Program-made: the position numbers and the translations under genes
Notes under the pieces: generated by a model
The model's database searches: none
Seen by the model: only the letters and a program-made list of their open reading frames with translations
What the model was told of the DNA's origin: nothing
Source: Marsupella aquatica
Lineage: Eukaryota > Plantae > Marchantiophyta
Direction of reading: 5' to 3'
Assembly: GCA_973895155.1 (NCBI GenBank)
Contig: OZ316897.1
Location: 20,525,224-20,589,223, forward strand
DNA length: 64,000 bases
In this document: one piece after another, positions 52,623 to 64,000 of the stretch
Layout of the letters: every line of letters begins with the position of its first letter
Numbering within the stretch: the stretch's first letter is position 1

Positions 52623-55507
52623 ATTAAGCACGAAAGACAATCTCGAGGACAATCAATGCCCCTAATTGTGCTAATCCGGGCAGGGAACCCTTCGGGCAGT
52701 TTTTGCTGCCACGTTGCCCTTTCAGGACCGGCCCAGGTCCTGCACACCAGGCAAGCAGGTCCCGCTCGCCTTGGCGCCCTCCACCCTACAAATGCCCTCC
52801 GCCAGCCCTCCGTCCGCCCTTCACCCGGCCGTCAACCGCAGGGAAAGTTTTATGACCAACTCCATGCCAAAATGCCAAATGATGAACCCCAGAGTTAAGA
52901 GGAATGTGTCTCCCCTTGAATCTCACATTTGTGAGCGTTGGACGATTTGGTGGGTATGCTGTCACAAGCTCTTGAAGAGCTTTTAATCCTTGGAAGGTAG
53001 GGTCATTCTTGAAAGGTCTTTGTAGGGGCATTTTTCAGAAAGTAGAACAATGGCTTCTCATTAGAATCCTTAATGATAATATCTTCACCATGCCACATTG
53101 GTAGATCAACAATGGAAAAGAATTGATGCTTTTGTTGAATCAAGTCTTCAACAGTGGTGTCGATTTTGTTTACCTGAAATTTTCCCAATAAAAACCTGAA
53201 AATCTTCCAAAACCTTGGATTCTGCTCCCATTCATAAGTTGCAGATGTTTTAGGTCGTCTAGAACCTAATCCTTCACTTTTCTCAAAGTCTTCATCTCGC
53301 TTCCTCTTTCCAGGTTGCCCTGAAAAATAATCCACATTCTTTCGATCTTCTTTTACTTCTTTCTGTTTTGGTTTCATTTTTTTTAAATACTTGGTCCTGG
53401 TTGAGATGTACAGTTATACTCCCCTCAACTAGAATGTTAACGCAGTTACGTACACAGGTGACCAAGTATTTAAAAAAAACTGCAAAGAGAGAATTGAAGT
53501 AAACAAAGATTTTGATTGTCCTTATGCAGATTGGACCACGGTAATCTATTTAGAACTCTGCAAAGATATGTGAAAAAGAAAGGCTTTGTCAAAGAACAGA
53601 TCACATAGCACATAGACCAAAATCTATTGACAATTCTGCAAGTCTATGTAGATTTTTGCACAGGCAACTGAAAAGGAAAGTTTTCGTAAAAGAACAGATC
53701 ACAGAGTCACTCCAACCAAAAGATTGTTCGCCGTCAGCCTTTGCATAAGAAATGTGCATTAAACTCACTAGAGTAAACTGAAAAGCAAATTTTTGTAAAA
53801 AAACAGATCAAAGAGTCACGGCCACCAAAAAATTTGTCCAGATTGCATATAAAATTGCATTAAACTCTGTAAAGTGCCACACTGTGTACAATGTTGGACT
53901 TTGCATGAAAGAATGAATGAAAATTAGAGAAAGAAATGAATGAAAGACAAGAAACTAACAAACTTTCTTGGGAACCGATAGTCCACTTAGAGCACAAAAG
54001 AAAACTTCTTGGAATAAGCAATATAAGTACCTTGTGAAATGGATTCTGAATTGTTTCCTTCACGCTTTCACTTGCTGGCTGTTTGGAATCTAGCTTCTCA
54101 ATAGCCATAGCTATAGATGTCGGCCCCACTGTATTCCAAGCAATATCCTTGTTGCTTTAATTTGATTCTCTTCCAGATCTATAACATCGGTAGTCCTCTC
54201 CAATCTGCTAAGTCCTTATGTATCTGCTTAGTCCTCTCTGACTTTGCTGAACCTTAGAGATGCTAAAAATTTCCAATCCCCGTAGCCATAGTGTCTCACA
54301 TGGCCCCACTCTAGTCCAAATCATCTAGATGTTGGTGCCTCTTCCAATCCCCTTAGCCTTTTGACATCGGCTCAATCCAGTCCAATCTACTCAGCCCTTA
54401 TGAATCTGCTAATTTTCTTGCTCGGCTATCGGGTGGATATGCTCAACAGTGTTCTTTGTCCCCTTCCACACCTAAAAAGACTCAACTAGCTCCCGCTGTC
54501 CCCAACAAAACCAGACTGGAAAACCAAGCACAGCCCTTCACTCCTAATTCTTTTTGGCCCCTTCCTATCCAACATGAAAAGGAGCAACCCTAAACTCCTT
54601 TCCCCATTACAGGGTGGATGAGTGGGAGTCCTGAGAATTTTCTCTTCAATAGGTTTAAGCTTTGAAGTAACTTAGCTGGGAAGATAAGGTTGGGATTGAA
54701 TTTTTCTGACCTCCCCTTAACACATCTTATAGAATAGAATCCCATTATCATTTATCAATATGATATTTTTAAGTGACTCTCATTAAACTTGAATTGTGTC
54801 TTATTAAGGGCTACTCTTTTGTAATTCAAGTGAATTTTAATTCTATTATACCCTTGAGTTTTTCTGATTAATTAAGTAGGTACTCATTTTATTCCCGTAT
54901 AAATTTCTCCCTATCCAAATTCTTTTTTGGCTACTTATGAGGCCCACACTCAATTGAGCCCACGAATGCATCCCCATATCTTAACCACTATCCTATGAAA
55001 AAAAATCATTGTAGCACTTAAATCCTTTGTATATCCATATTTGTCTGCAATTTGAGAGCAATTTTGAAACTATATCAGGCCTATATTACCTCTTAGGATT
55101 TGTATATCTATATTTGCCCGCCATTTGAGCGCAATTTTGAAAGCGTACCAGGCCTATGTTATCTCATAGGATGTAGAGAATGAATGTATCGAACGACATA
55201 CTCAATACATTGACAGGCGGATTCAGCCGACGGGGTTGTGCAACGGGCTTGATGCAATGGCTTCCCAACGGGGGTGTTGTGGGACCCATTATGGTTGACG
55301 GACGGGTGAAGGGCGGACGGAGGGCTGGCGGAGGGCATTTGTAGGGTGGAGGGCGCCAAGGTGAGCGGGACCTGCTTGCCTGGTGTGCAGGACCTGGGCC
55401 GGTCCTGAAAGGGCAACGTGGCAGCAAAAACTGCCCAAAGGGTTCCCTGCCCGGATTAGTACCATTAGGGGCATTGATTGTCCTCGAGATTGTCTTTCGT
55501 GCTTAAT
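52623..55507. mobile_element. Long-TIR (foldback/MULE-like) non-autonomous DNA element carrying a gene fragment
   Basis: ~215-bp near-identical inverted repeats at 52623-52837 and 55293-55507 (ATTAAGCACGAAAG...); 8-bp TSD ATCTTCCA at 52615-52622 and 55508-55515. Confidence 0.9.
52838..53377 (-). pseudogene. Frameshifted ~180-codon coding fragment inside the long-TIR element, truncated at the TIR
   Basis: ORFs 53377-53003 and 53031-52786 join by removing one C in GCCCCT, giving ...IIIKDSNEKPLFYFLKNALQRPF...LQELVTAYPP...GVHHLAFWHGVGHK. Confidence 0.55.
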
Positions 55508-57256
55508 ATCTTCCATGCATCAATTCCATGTACTCATGCCCTGCCAAGGCATAATTAAACTCGTCTCACTTGAAAACCCATACACACTTTTGCTTGTTGC
55601 CGCATCCCATACATGCATAGACACGGTTTGCCATGCACAGTCACCTAATTGCTCAGATTTTCTTATGTTGCAATTTGTACTTAAAAAGACAATATATCAT
55701 ATGACTGGTTGCCATTCTTATAATATTGGTAAACCCTATCTGACAAAACTCAAATTTGAAGGCCCCATGGAGGACAACGTTGGTCTTTGAAACCCCCATG
55801 GAAGACATTTTTCAATATTCAAGTTTAATTATATTAACTTGATATCTATAAATTTAAATATTTTGTAATTTTGGGGATCTGCTAGAGGATTAGGTAAGCT
55901 ACACTTTCGTCAAAGTGACAATGGAGCCGAGCAGTGGAGTTTTGGTCATTTTAGTTGAGCTCCTTATCTTAAAATGAGGGTTAAATTTGATTAGATTAAT
56001 GTTCATTGTGTCCACATGAACCATTTCGGCTTGTGTTTTTCCATGTCTCCTCCTTCTCTAGTTGCCCTTGCACATGCAAATTAGTTCGTGGACCCCTTGG
56101 CTAATAAAATCAGGGGAAGAGTCGATATGTGCCGTCTCCATTTCTTATCTCCAGAAATCTCGTCCGTCCATCATAATGGCCAATCTATGGCTCAAAAGAA
56201 AGATCTCAAATAGATCTATGGATGGGTTCTGTCCGTTTTGCAAATGGGTTAATATTTTTCAAATGAAAAATTAAACAAATCCAAGCCTTCCTAGCCATCG
56301 ATTTTGTTGATTTTACGATCTTTGCCGTCCATTTTGTAATGCCTCTAGAAATCTTATTCATCCATGTTAGAAGGCGATCTAGGGTGCAAAAGAAAGATCT
56401 CAATGAGATCTACGACTGGGTATTTTTTGTTTTGAGAATGAGTAAATAGGCTTGAGTATAAAATTCGATGAACTTTCAAGATTCTAGCCATTCCTCCTCC
56501 CCGATCCTGGGTTTCTATGTGCTCTTCCTAGCATTAATGGCCGTACAATACGAGAGGTCCTTACATACCGGGAGTTGCAGTTTAACAAGGAAGTTATCAA
56601 GTTAGTTATACATTATTTATTATATGCAAAATACTTTTTATAAATCTTTGAATTTAAGTTTTAAAATTGGAAATGTAACTAAAACGGTTACATAGTGACA
56701 GTTTTAACCGTCTTGCTCTTTGCATTTCCAATGTTTTTACTTTTCTTTTTACGGCACAGCGTCCCAAAATTTACACCCAAATTGACACAAACACGAATGA
56801 AAACTATAAGTTCGATTCACAAAACCAACGAGTCTTGTTTGTTGCAATTGTTGTTGACGTGGCACGCTGTGGTGCCAGGAATTTTGGAAGGGACCTCTAG
56901 TGGGGTCCGTAATGAGAACATTATTTAGGACTCATAATTATCAAGGTATGGCCATGGGAATTGGGGGATAATTTGTCGTGCGCATACCATCGCTACACAA
57001 CACACATTGCTTGTCATACATATCTAAACATATATGCTCACAATCTAACATCACAAAGACAAGAGAATGGAGTGCAAGTTTCTGGAACTCATGTATGTCC
57101 ACACATGCCCAAAACCCACAATAATCTTCAAGAGTTCAAAATTGAACAGCGTTCGGTGCCAATCAAATAACGATCCTGCCCAATGCAATCACACATGTAT
57201 ATCAAGCCCAACGCACCTATGCTTCAAGGATGTTAGGATTTACTCTTAGGTCTAGA

Positions 57257-57858
57257 CTCGGGGGTTTCACTTCCACAAAAATGGCATATCACCTCGGGGG
57301 GGTCACTATATGGAGGGTCATACATCGCGTGCGACGTTTTAGGGTTTGACCCCCCTAACTTTAAAGTGAAAAATATTTTTTTGCAAAGCCCTTTCTTTCT
57401 TAAAATTTTGTCATTTTTTATTAAAAAACCCCTAAAAACTTTATAGAAAGTATTTTTTGCAATTAAATAGGCCTATGTGTTCTTTAAAGTCGACCAATCA
57501 ATAAAACATGCCCTATGTGTTCTTCCACCAAACTTTGGAAGTCTTCCGCCACACCCATTTAAATGGGCCTATACTTCGTCGCACGTGATGTGTCACTTCC
57601 GTGGAAGTGACACCCCCGAGCATATCACGTGCGACGAAGGATAGGGTCATTTTATTGGTTGTAAGGGAAGACTTAAGAATTTTTGTAGAAGAACAATAGG
57701 GTCTTTTAAATTCAATTTTGAGACTTATAAGAACATTAGGGCCTTTTTAATCCAAGAATATTCCAACTTTATAGGGGTTAAAAAATAATAATTTTTTCTT
57801 ACATTTTAGGGGGTCCGAGGCCTAAAAACATCGCAGGTGATGGGGAGGTCCCCATATG
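57257..57858 (-). mobile_element. Older diverged CTCGGG-family MITE in the opposite orientation, split by copy 3
   Basis: CTCGGGGGTTTCACTTCCAC...CATATCAC|GTGCGACGAAG... aligns to the reverse complement of the young MITE; the far TIR is lost. Confidence 0.75.
57293..57620 (+). mobile_element. CTCGGG-type MITE copy 3 (328 bp)
   Basis: Near-identical to copies 1 and 2; 8-bp TSD CATATCAC. Confidence 0.95.
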
Positions 57859-59356
57859 ATGGGGAGTTACGACTGTACCGAAATTAAGGCTAACCTTAGT
57901 CGCAGACTTGGTTAGGTTAGTCATGCTGTGCACACTCTATAACCAAGCGGTGTTTGCTTGGAGAGGGGAAACTCAGGCTCATTGTTACGGAGTTAGTTGA
58001 GAGATAGGGAGAGCTTGCGCTGTGGATGCTTGGTATGGCCAATCGACCTAGAGTACAATAAAGCTCATGTGTGTTCCCGTGGACGTAGCCTCATGTGGAG
58101 GTGAACCATGTATCTCTGTGTGTCGACTCTTGTGCGTTGGATGGTTCATGGGCTTGTCGTTGCGATTGTTGTCTACGCTCAACAAAGGAATCCACATTCA
58201 TGCACACAACTTGATCAGCCACACCATAGCTACCAGAGCTTGTGCTCAAGCTCTCAACATATATTGAAAGATGAGACCGTTGAGCCAACAAAAGCAGATA
58301 ACTATCCTTCACAAACTCAAACTAAACACTAAATGCTCATATAGCATAGATACAAAACCTCTATACCTAGATATTATGATACACCATAGTTACTATGTAC
58401 CTCTCCAAATAGTTTGACACATCCATGGCTGTCAGATTGAATTGAGAGCAGGAAATTGAAATTTGGGGTGCATGTGAGGCCATGGATTTTATGGAGCATT
58501 GGAGATCAGCATTTGTACCCAAAACTTGCATTAGTTTCATCTACTTAGTTGCAATCAGCATCCAATGATTTTGACACATCATGCTTGATATGAGACCTGG
58601 CACTTCCCTTCTATGGTGAACCATGTATAAGTGTGGTGTGGATAGTGCAGGCTGGCCAAGTAGTTCCCTAATATTACAGCAATTTCCTTAGTAAATGCAC
58701 CAAAACATGCCCGTTGTATGAGTGCAGGTCTGCCTTCACTAAATGACTCCAACGCATACATAAGAAGCATATATGAGAGAGTGCAACAAACAACTATTTG
58801 TAAGGTAGTTTCATAAACTTATCCCATTGAATTGTGCAGTATGAGGCCTCAGGGTACTCTCCTTTCTTTGTGATCTGACAACAAAATAGGGAAGTGCATA
58901 AGCAATTTTCCATGTACATATGAGGTAAGGCAGGCCATACACATTTGAAGGAGTGCATAAATGACATGATCCCTTGCACTTGCATAGTGCATTCCTTGGA
59001 TAACTGCTGGCTGTTAGCCCCTTGCCGGGAGCTGCACTCCACTCATCCATGGTTGACTGTAGTGACTTATTTTCCCTCGCCTCAAATCCCTTATGTTGTT
59101 GCTCTCTTAATGGTCGTGAAGTCCAGCCTAGAACTTTTGGGGTCCTAACTGGATAATTATTAAAATATGACATATACTGTGTGTAAGTCATCAATCCATA
59201 TCATGATAAACCTAGTTATTTTCTTTAACTCAATGAGTGCACACCTTATATTACCACTTCCGAGCCCTCGGCCCAACACTGAGAGAAGGGTCCTGGGAGA
59301 CATGGAGGAGGTGGCAGAGTAGCACCTCCTTCACCTGGTCCCTGTGTAAGTATTTG

Positions 59357-59480
59357 AGGCTGGGCATGCATTGCAGGACAGTGATGCTTAATTCTTACAT
59401 GCTTTCATTTCAGGCTGGGCATGCATGGCAGGACAGTGATGCTTAATTCTTACATGCTTTCATTTCAGGCTGGGCATGCA
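59357..59480. repeat. Tandem repeat, 55-bp period
   Basis: AGGCTGGGCATGCA at 59357, 59412 and 59467 with near-identical intervening sequence. Confidence 0.85.
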
Positions 59481-60833
59481 CACCAGGTCCAAGCATGTGC
59501 AAATTGCAATGCAGTGATTATGCTTATGTAATTCTTATGTGCTGTAGAACCAGGTGCAAGCAAGTGCAGCATGGAGGGCATGATGCGTAATTATTCAGGC
59601 TCTGCATTCTGCAGGATCAGGCGCATGCAAGTGCACCATACAACATGCAGGGCAGTGATGATTGCTGCACCAAGGAAGCACAGTGAAAGTTGGGACCATA
59701 CAGATTTTTTGTGAGTCATCAGTTGAGCAGTTCAGTCGTGGGAATCACGCAGTGGATCATCCAAATAGCCACATAATTATCATGTAACTTCCCAAGATAA
59801 CCGCCAAACTGAGATTTCATTGTCTCTACAGTAGTTGAACATGAATGTTGCCAGTCCAAATTTTGAGCTATAAGCTTGGATGAAATTTCCATCCGTATTC
59901 TATTGCTCGGATATGACATTTTCATAGATTACATTAAGATCCCTGGAATCATCGGATGACAAAGAATTAGAATAAAAGAGCTCTATTTTATGGATACAAA
60001 GAATAGACTGGGATCCCGTTTTGAGAATGAAGGTTTGGATGGAAATCCTATTGGAACTTATGACTAAAAAACATTTGCCCCATTTGCCTTTAGATGATGC
60101 TTCGTGGTTCAGTAAGGGTGTGAAGTAGCACACTTAGTTGTAAATGACACTTCAAGTTGGTCAATTTGGGCTAGGCCAATGTGCCTTGCAAATCTTGTCC
60201 ATGATGTGCCATTTGGGCTAGGCCACTATGGTTCAATTGAGAGAGTGATCTTCAGGCTGATTGCTCAATCAAGTCGGGCAAAAAGAATTATGCACAACAC
60301 AGCTGCTACAGTGCCCCTGAGTTTGCAGCTAAATGAGCTATGTCTGGCAACAGGAATGGACAGCCCCGCTGCCCAAGATATGGAGTTTAATCGCATTCCT
60401 GTCTTGCTGGGCACTTGTTCGAGGATTCTATGACTTCGAGTGTGGGAATGTTTCTCACCTCACATTCTCTGAGATCAGATCAGCTGAAATTGCAGAGCTC
60501 ACATAACTAACAGCCCCTGTCATCAAAATTCAGATTTCCAGGTTCTTCAATGTTCACAGCTCTTGAAAGACAAATTCTAGACAGTGCATTTGTTTTTGCT
60601 AGCCCACTGGCAGGACGTGAGTGCAGGCAAGTGGAACGTACCACTCAAAGGAGGCAATTATCCGAGCAGCCTCAAAGAAAGCTGAGAGAAAAATCTAAAG
60701 CTCGAGGAAGAGTGGCTCACTGGAAGAGTGAACTTCAAAAGTTTTCCCCCATGTTGTTATGTTGGTTCTGAATCATATCTGAGGCTGAGAGAAAGCTGAG
60801 ACTAGAGTAGTTTTCTTCCCCTTATGTAAAAAT

Positions 60834-63504
60834 CTAGGTGACTGAAATTTGCTCCTCTGGTTGTTGTAAGCTCTTCTCGTGATACCAGTCATACTTGTAC
60901 CGGTAGAAATGTGAAACTGTCAAAAATGCCAGAAATTCGATGCATAATACCACTACAAGAAGCCAGTAGAATTTCTCCAATCCACCGTTGTTCAGCTGTC
61001 CCTCTAGCCACCCATCACCCTGCAATCATGTTCAATCCAATCTTCTACATTATTAACACGTACATGTGATCTAAATTATGACTCGAGACACGTCTCCCTT
61101 CCTGAAGCACAAATGCATATCTTGCCTCTCTCAATGATCGTGATGCAACCATTACCGTCAAGAGCTGCATCTCCTTTGTAGTTTTACTGAGACAGTGTCT
61201 TCAACACAATTTCCGAGCATTATTTTAAAGAAGAGAAAAGATGTGGATGATCTCTGACCGAATGGTGGCGAGTAACCTTGTTGACAATCTCCACAAGCAC
61301 AGTGCTGAAGAATGACCCCATGGCCAAAGCCGCATAAGTGAAGGCGGCCCCAATGCTCCTTGCGGTTTCCGAAGATTCGTGGTAGAAAAACTCAAATCCT
61401 GACACGAAAAAGCTCAACTCAATAAATCCCCCCAGGACGTATTGAGGAAGTAGCCACCAGAACTTCAGGGGCAACACGTAGGTCCCCAGCTCCAATCCTT
61501 CGAAATGCAGTTCACGCACTGTCACCAATCGCCTCCTCTCGACGACAGCAGCAGTAATCATGGTCAAGGCGGCAAAAACTATGGAGGAACCCAGCCGTTT
61601 CAGCGGTGAGAAGCCGTAAGGATTCTTGGTGAACCTTCTTACGAATGGGACGAAGAGCCGGTCGTACACAGGCACCAGTATGAGCGAGGTGATTGTGAGA
61701 ATTCCGGAAACAGAAGCAGCAGGGACCGTGAAGTGTGGCCCCAACCTCCTGTCATAAGTTTGGGCCTGTGTAATCGAGAAAGTGGTCAACTGGGAATAAA
61801 CAACGGCAATCCCTGCTATTGTCACCCACACGGGAATCAACTGCAATATCCTCTTGCTCTCTTCTACCTGGCTTACGCTGCAAAGCCTCCACGGATTGGG
61901 AACTTTGTTTCCTTGGATAACTTCCTTGTCTGCTTCGTTGATGATGGCCGCACGGTCCAAAAACCTGAATGCAAGATTGCTGACGACATTGAATGACCCA
62001 AAAACCTGAATGCAAGGTTGCTGACGACATTGAATGACCTCTCTGAATGCTGAAGAGTTGTGCCACCTTTCACTTACTATCCAAAGAATTCTAAAGTACA
62101 GAAGTCACGAATATGGCATGATTTAAGATCCATGCTTTCTATTCTTTCTGATGTTCGTTCTGAGGAATGATAGCTACAATTGCTATTCCGACAGGGGAGC
62201 TGCCCCAAATTGAAGTTCCATAAGTATGTTCTAAATGACATGATCACTTATTAGGTCAACAGTCCCGTCTTTGCTATCAACTAAACCATTTCATTATCAA
62301 TGAACTAAAAAAACTCTTGATTCATTAAGATTCTTAGATATCCTGTGATCCATTCAGTTTCATTAAACAAGTCGTTGAGACTGATGACCACCATTGTTTA
62401 ATGTTAAAGGTGCGTTGCATAGATATTCTATAACTTGACGAGACTCCCGACGTAACTCTTTCGAAGACACCGAGTGCAAAAGTGAGCCTCAACTGATGTG
62501 TTGTGTATACTGAGTAAACTGGGTTCAAAATTTAAGAAGAGTGAAGTTGTGAGACTGAGACCTTTTGAGTCCCGTTACGAAGTGTAGAACAAGCCAACCT
62601 GTTCTTTATTTTATGAATGAGAAGCTAACTTGCAGATATTGAGACGAAAGAACGAAACAAAAATTTTGGGTGTAGGATTGACGAATTACATCTAGGAGAT
62701 TCAAAGTTTGGTTGCACTCATCATTGAGTTGAGTCGATTTCGTTTTCTAGCTCAATCCAAGTGCAATGTTGAATATACTCTTTCGTTTGCTCAGGCCTTG
62801 GTATCACAACGTGAAACTTTGATAAGACTAAAAATTGAAATACCCCGTGAACTTCATCCCCTGGACATTCACTCGATCATCATAAGAAAGACAATTGTTT
62901 ACCCAGAATTTTTGTTTGCTTAAGCTTTTCTTGGAGCTTCTGTGACTTACCGTAGTTGTTGCGTGTGGACAAGCTTCGGAATCGTCGTTTGAGGGACAAG
63001 AGGATCATATAGAGCTTCGACACCCATTGGAAAAATTGAACAATTACGCTTCCGCAGAGCTGCCACGAGGACTTGTGCTGTGCGAGTGAGGAAGCTACCG
63101 GCCGGTCGTCGGTGTCGCAGTTTGGGAACGCCAGCCAAGAAAATAAAGAAGCAAGAGGTGTAGAACATGAGGGCGAAACCATAACCCCAACCGGGGCTGA
63201 CATTGGTGAGGAGGTAAACTCCTAGGAATATAGCCACCAGATAGCTCGCGTGGATGAAGAAAAAGAACCAAGCAAAGAAATGAACGCTTTGTTTGTGCTC
63301 TGCAGGCTTCAATTCATCAAATTGATCAGCCCCAAGAGATAGTAAATTAGGAGCAACCAATCCCCAACCAAGGGCTGTCGCGTATAAGGCAATGTACACA
63401 GGGACCATGTATCGTGCACCCGCTGGTGAGCATGGTGTGTTCAGCGTGCATGGCCTCAGGTGCAAACCGGAGGTAGCCGCTATCAACGTCAAGAGGCCTA
63501 AACC
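60834..63504 (-). CDS. NPF: NRT1/PTR family (NPF) transporter, 5'-partial; exons 63504-62951, 61964-61259, 61019-60834
   Basis: LYATALGWGLVAPNLLSLGADQFDE, FFAWFFF, PGWGYG, RFLDRAA, PWRLCSVSQVEE, WLLPQY, EFFY and the C-terminal LEKFYWLL; GT-AG introns in compatible phases; upstream exons not found in the window. Confidence 0.93.
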
Positions 63505-64000
63505 CTGCCCACAATCAATAATCAAAATGGACTTCAGAAACCTCACCTCCCCCATTCCCTCTAGACTGTTTCCATGTGATTGTTATGATAGATTTGGCCA
63601 ATTTTATTTCCGTCCATCCTTGTACTGTGAGCCCATCATGATTAATTACAAGTCCTGGTTAAGACTACCTCCCTGCGGTCTGCGTCCAGCAAACAGGGCT
63701 CCAATTAACGACATTGCAGCACATTCCTTCGTGAGAATTGTCCACATGGAAGCCTGCAGCCTGCTCAACCTGGCTGCAGACTCTTAATTAGAGGATCAAC
63801 TTCTTCGATGTTGCCGAAATGTCACGGTGAAATGACATTGGATGCCATAATCTTGTTGCGTTGCATCGTGGTGTAGTGTATTGCTTCTCGGCCTCTTGGG
63901 GGATTTAAAGCTTCGTTCATATTTAAATGATTGTTGTATTAAGCATCGTTGGCAACAGTCCTAGGCATGCTGGAACTGATGTACGAACCGCAAATGGCGC

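Noticed and set aside
52656-52837. Mirror-image ORFs (MPFQDRPRSC...) at 52714 and 55416
   Set aside because: They are translations of the two TIRs.
57859-58184. Possible 3' LTR remnant after GATGGGGAG, ending in CTCAACA
   Set aside because: No TG start, no partner LTR and no TSD, so it cannot be supported.
63392-63787. 131-aa plus-strand ORF
   Set aside because: Antisense to an NPF exon and intron; no domain features.

Overview
Repeat-rich plant nuclear DNA with GT-AG introns; a non-seed plant such as a bryophyte is plausible but is only an inference. There are two host genes, both on the minus strand: a complete 6-exon laccase (14039-17001) and a 5'-partial NPF/PTR transporter (60834-63504). 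There is also a pseudogenic LTO1/ORAOV1-like fragment (~47965-48112). The centre of the window is a nested transposon stack. A non-coding Copia element (Bianca-like) with 142/141-bp LTRs (31553-46303, TSD AAAAT) contains an 11-kb CACTA element (31807-42819, TSD AGG), whose transposase gene is interrupted by three MITEs. Main finding: the CACTA carries a SET-domain (histone lysine methyltransferase-like) exon inside the first intron of its transposase gene. The shared exon 1 (a Cys/His transposase-associated motif) can splice in frame either to the SET exon or to the transposase core. The element also has a divergently transcribed TnpA-like gene and TCCGAT motif clusters at its ends, in an intron and between the two genes. 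Together these suggest a transposon-encoded chromatin or anti-silencing module (inference). Also present: several DNA elements with C(C/T)CGG termini and 8-bp TSDs that fit no common superfamily signature, a long-TIR element with a captured frameshifted ORF, and a duplicated splice acceptor in the NPF gene. All calls were made by eye; no database searches were run.
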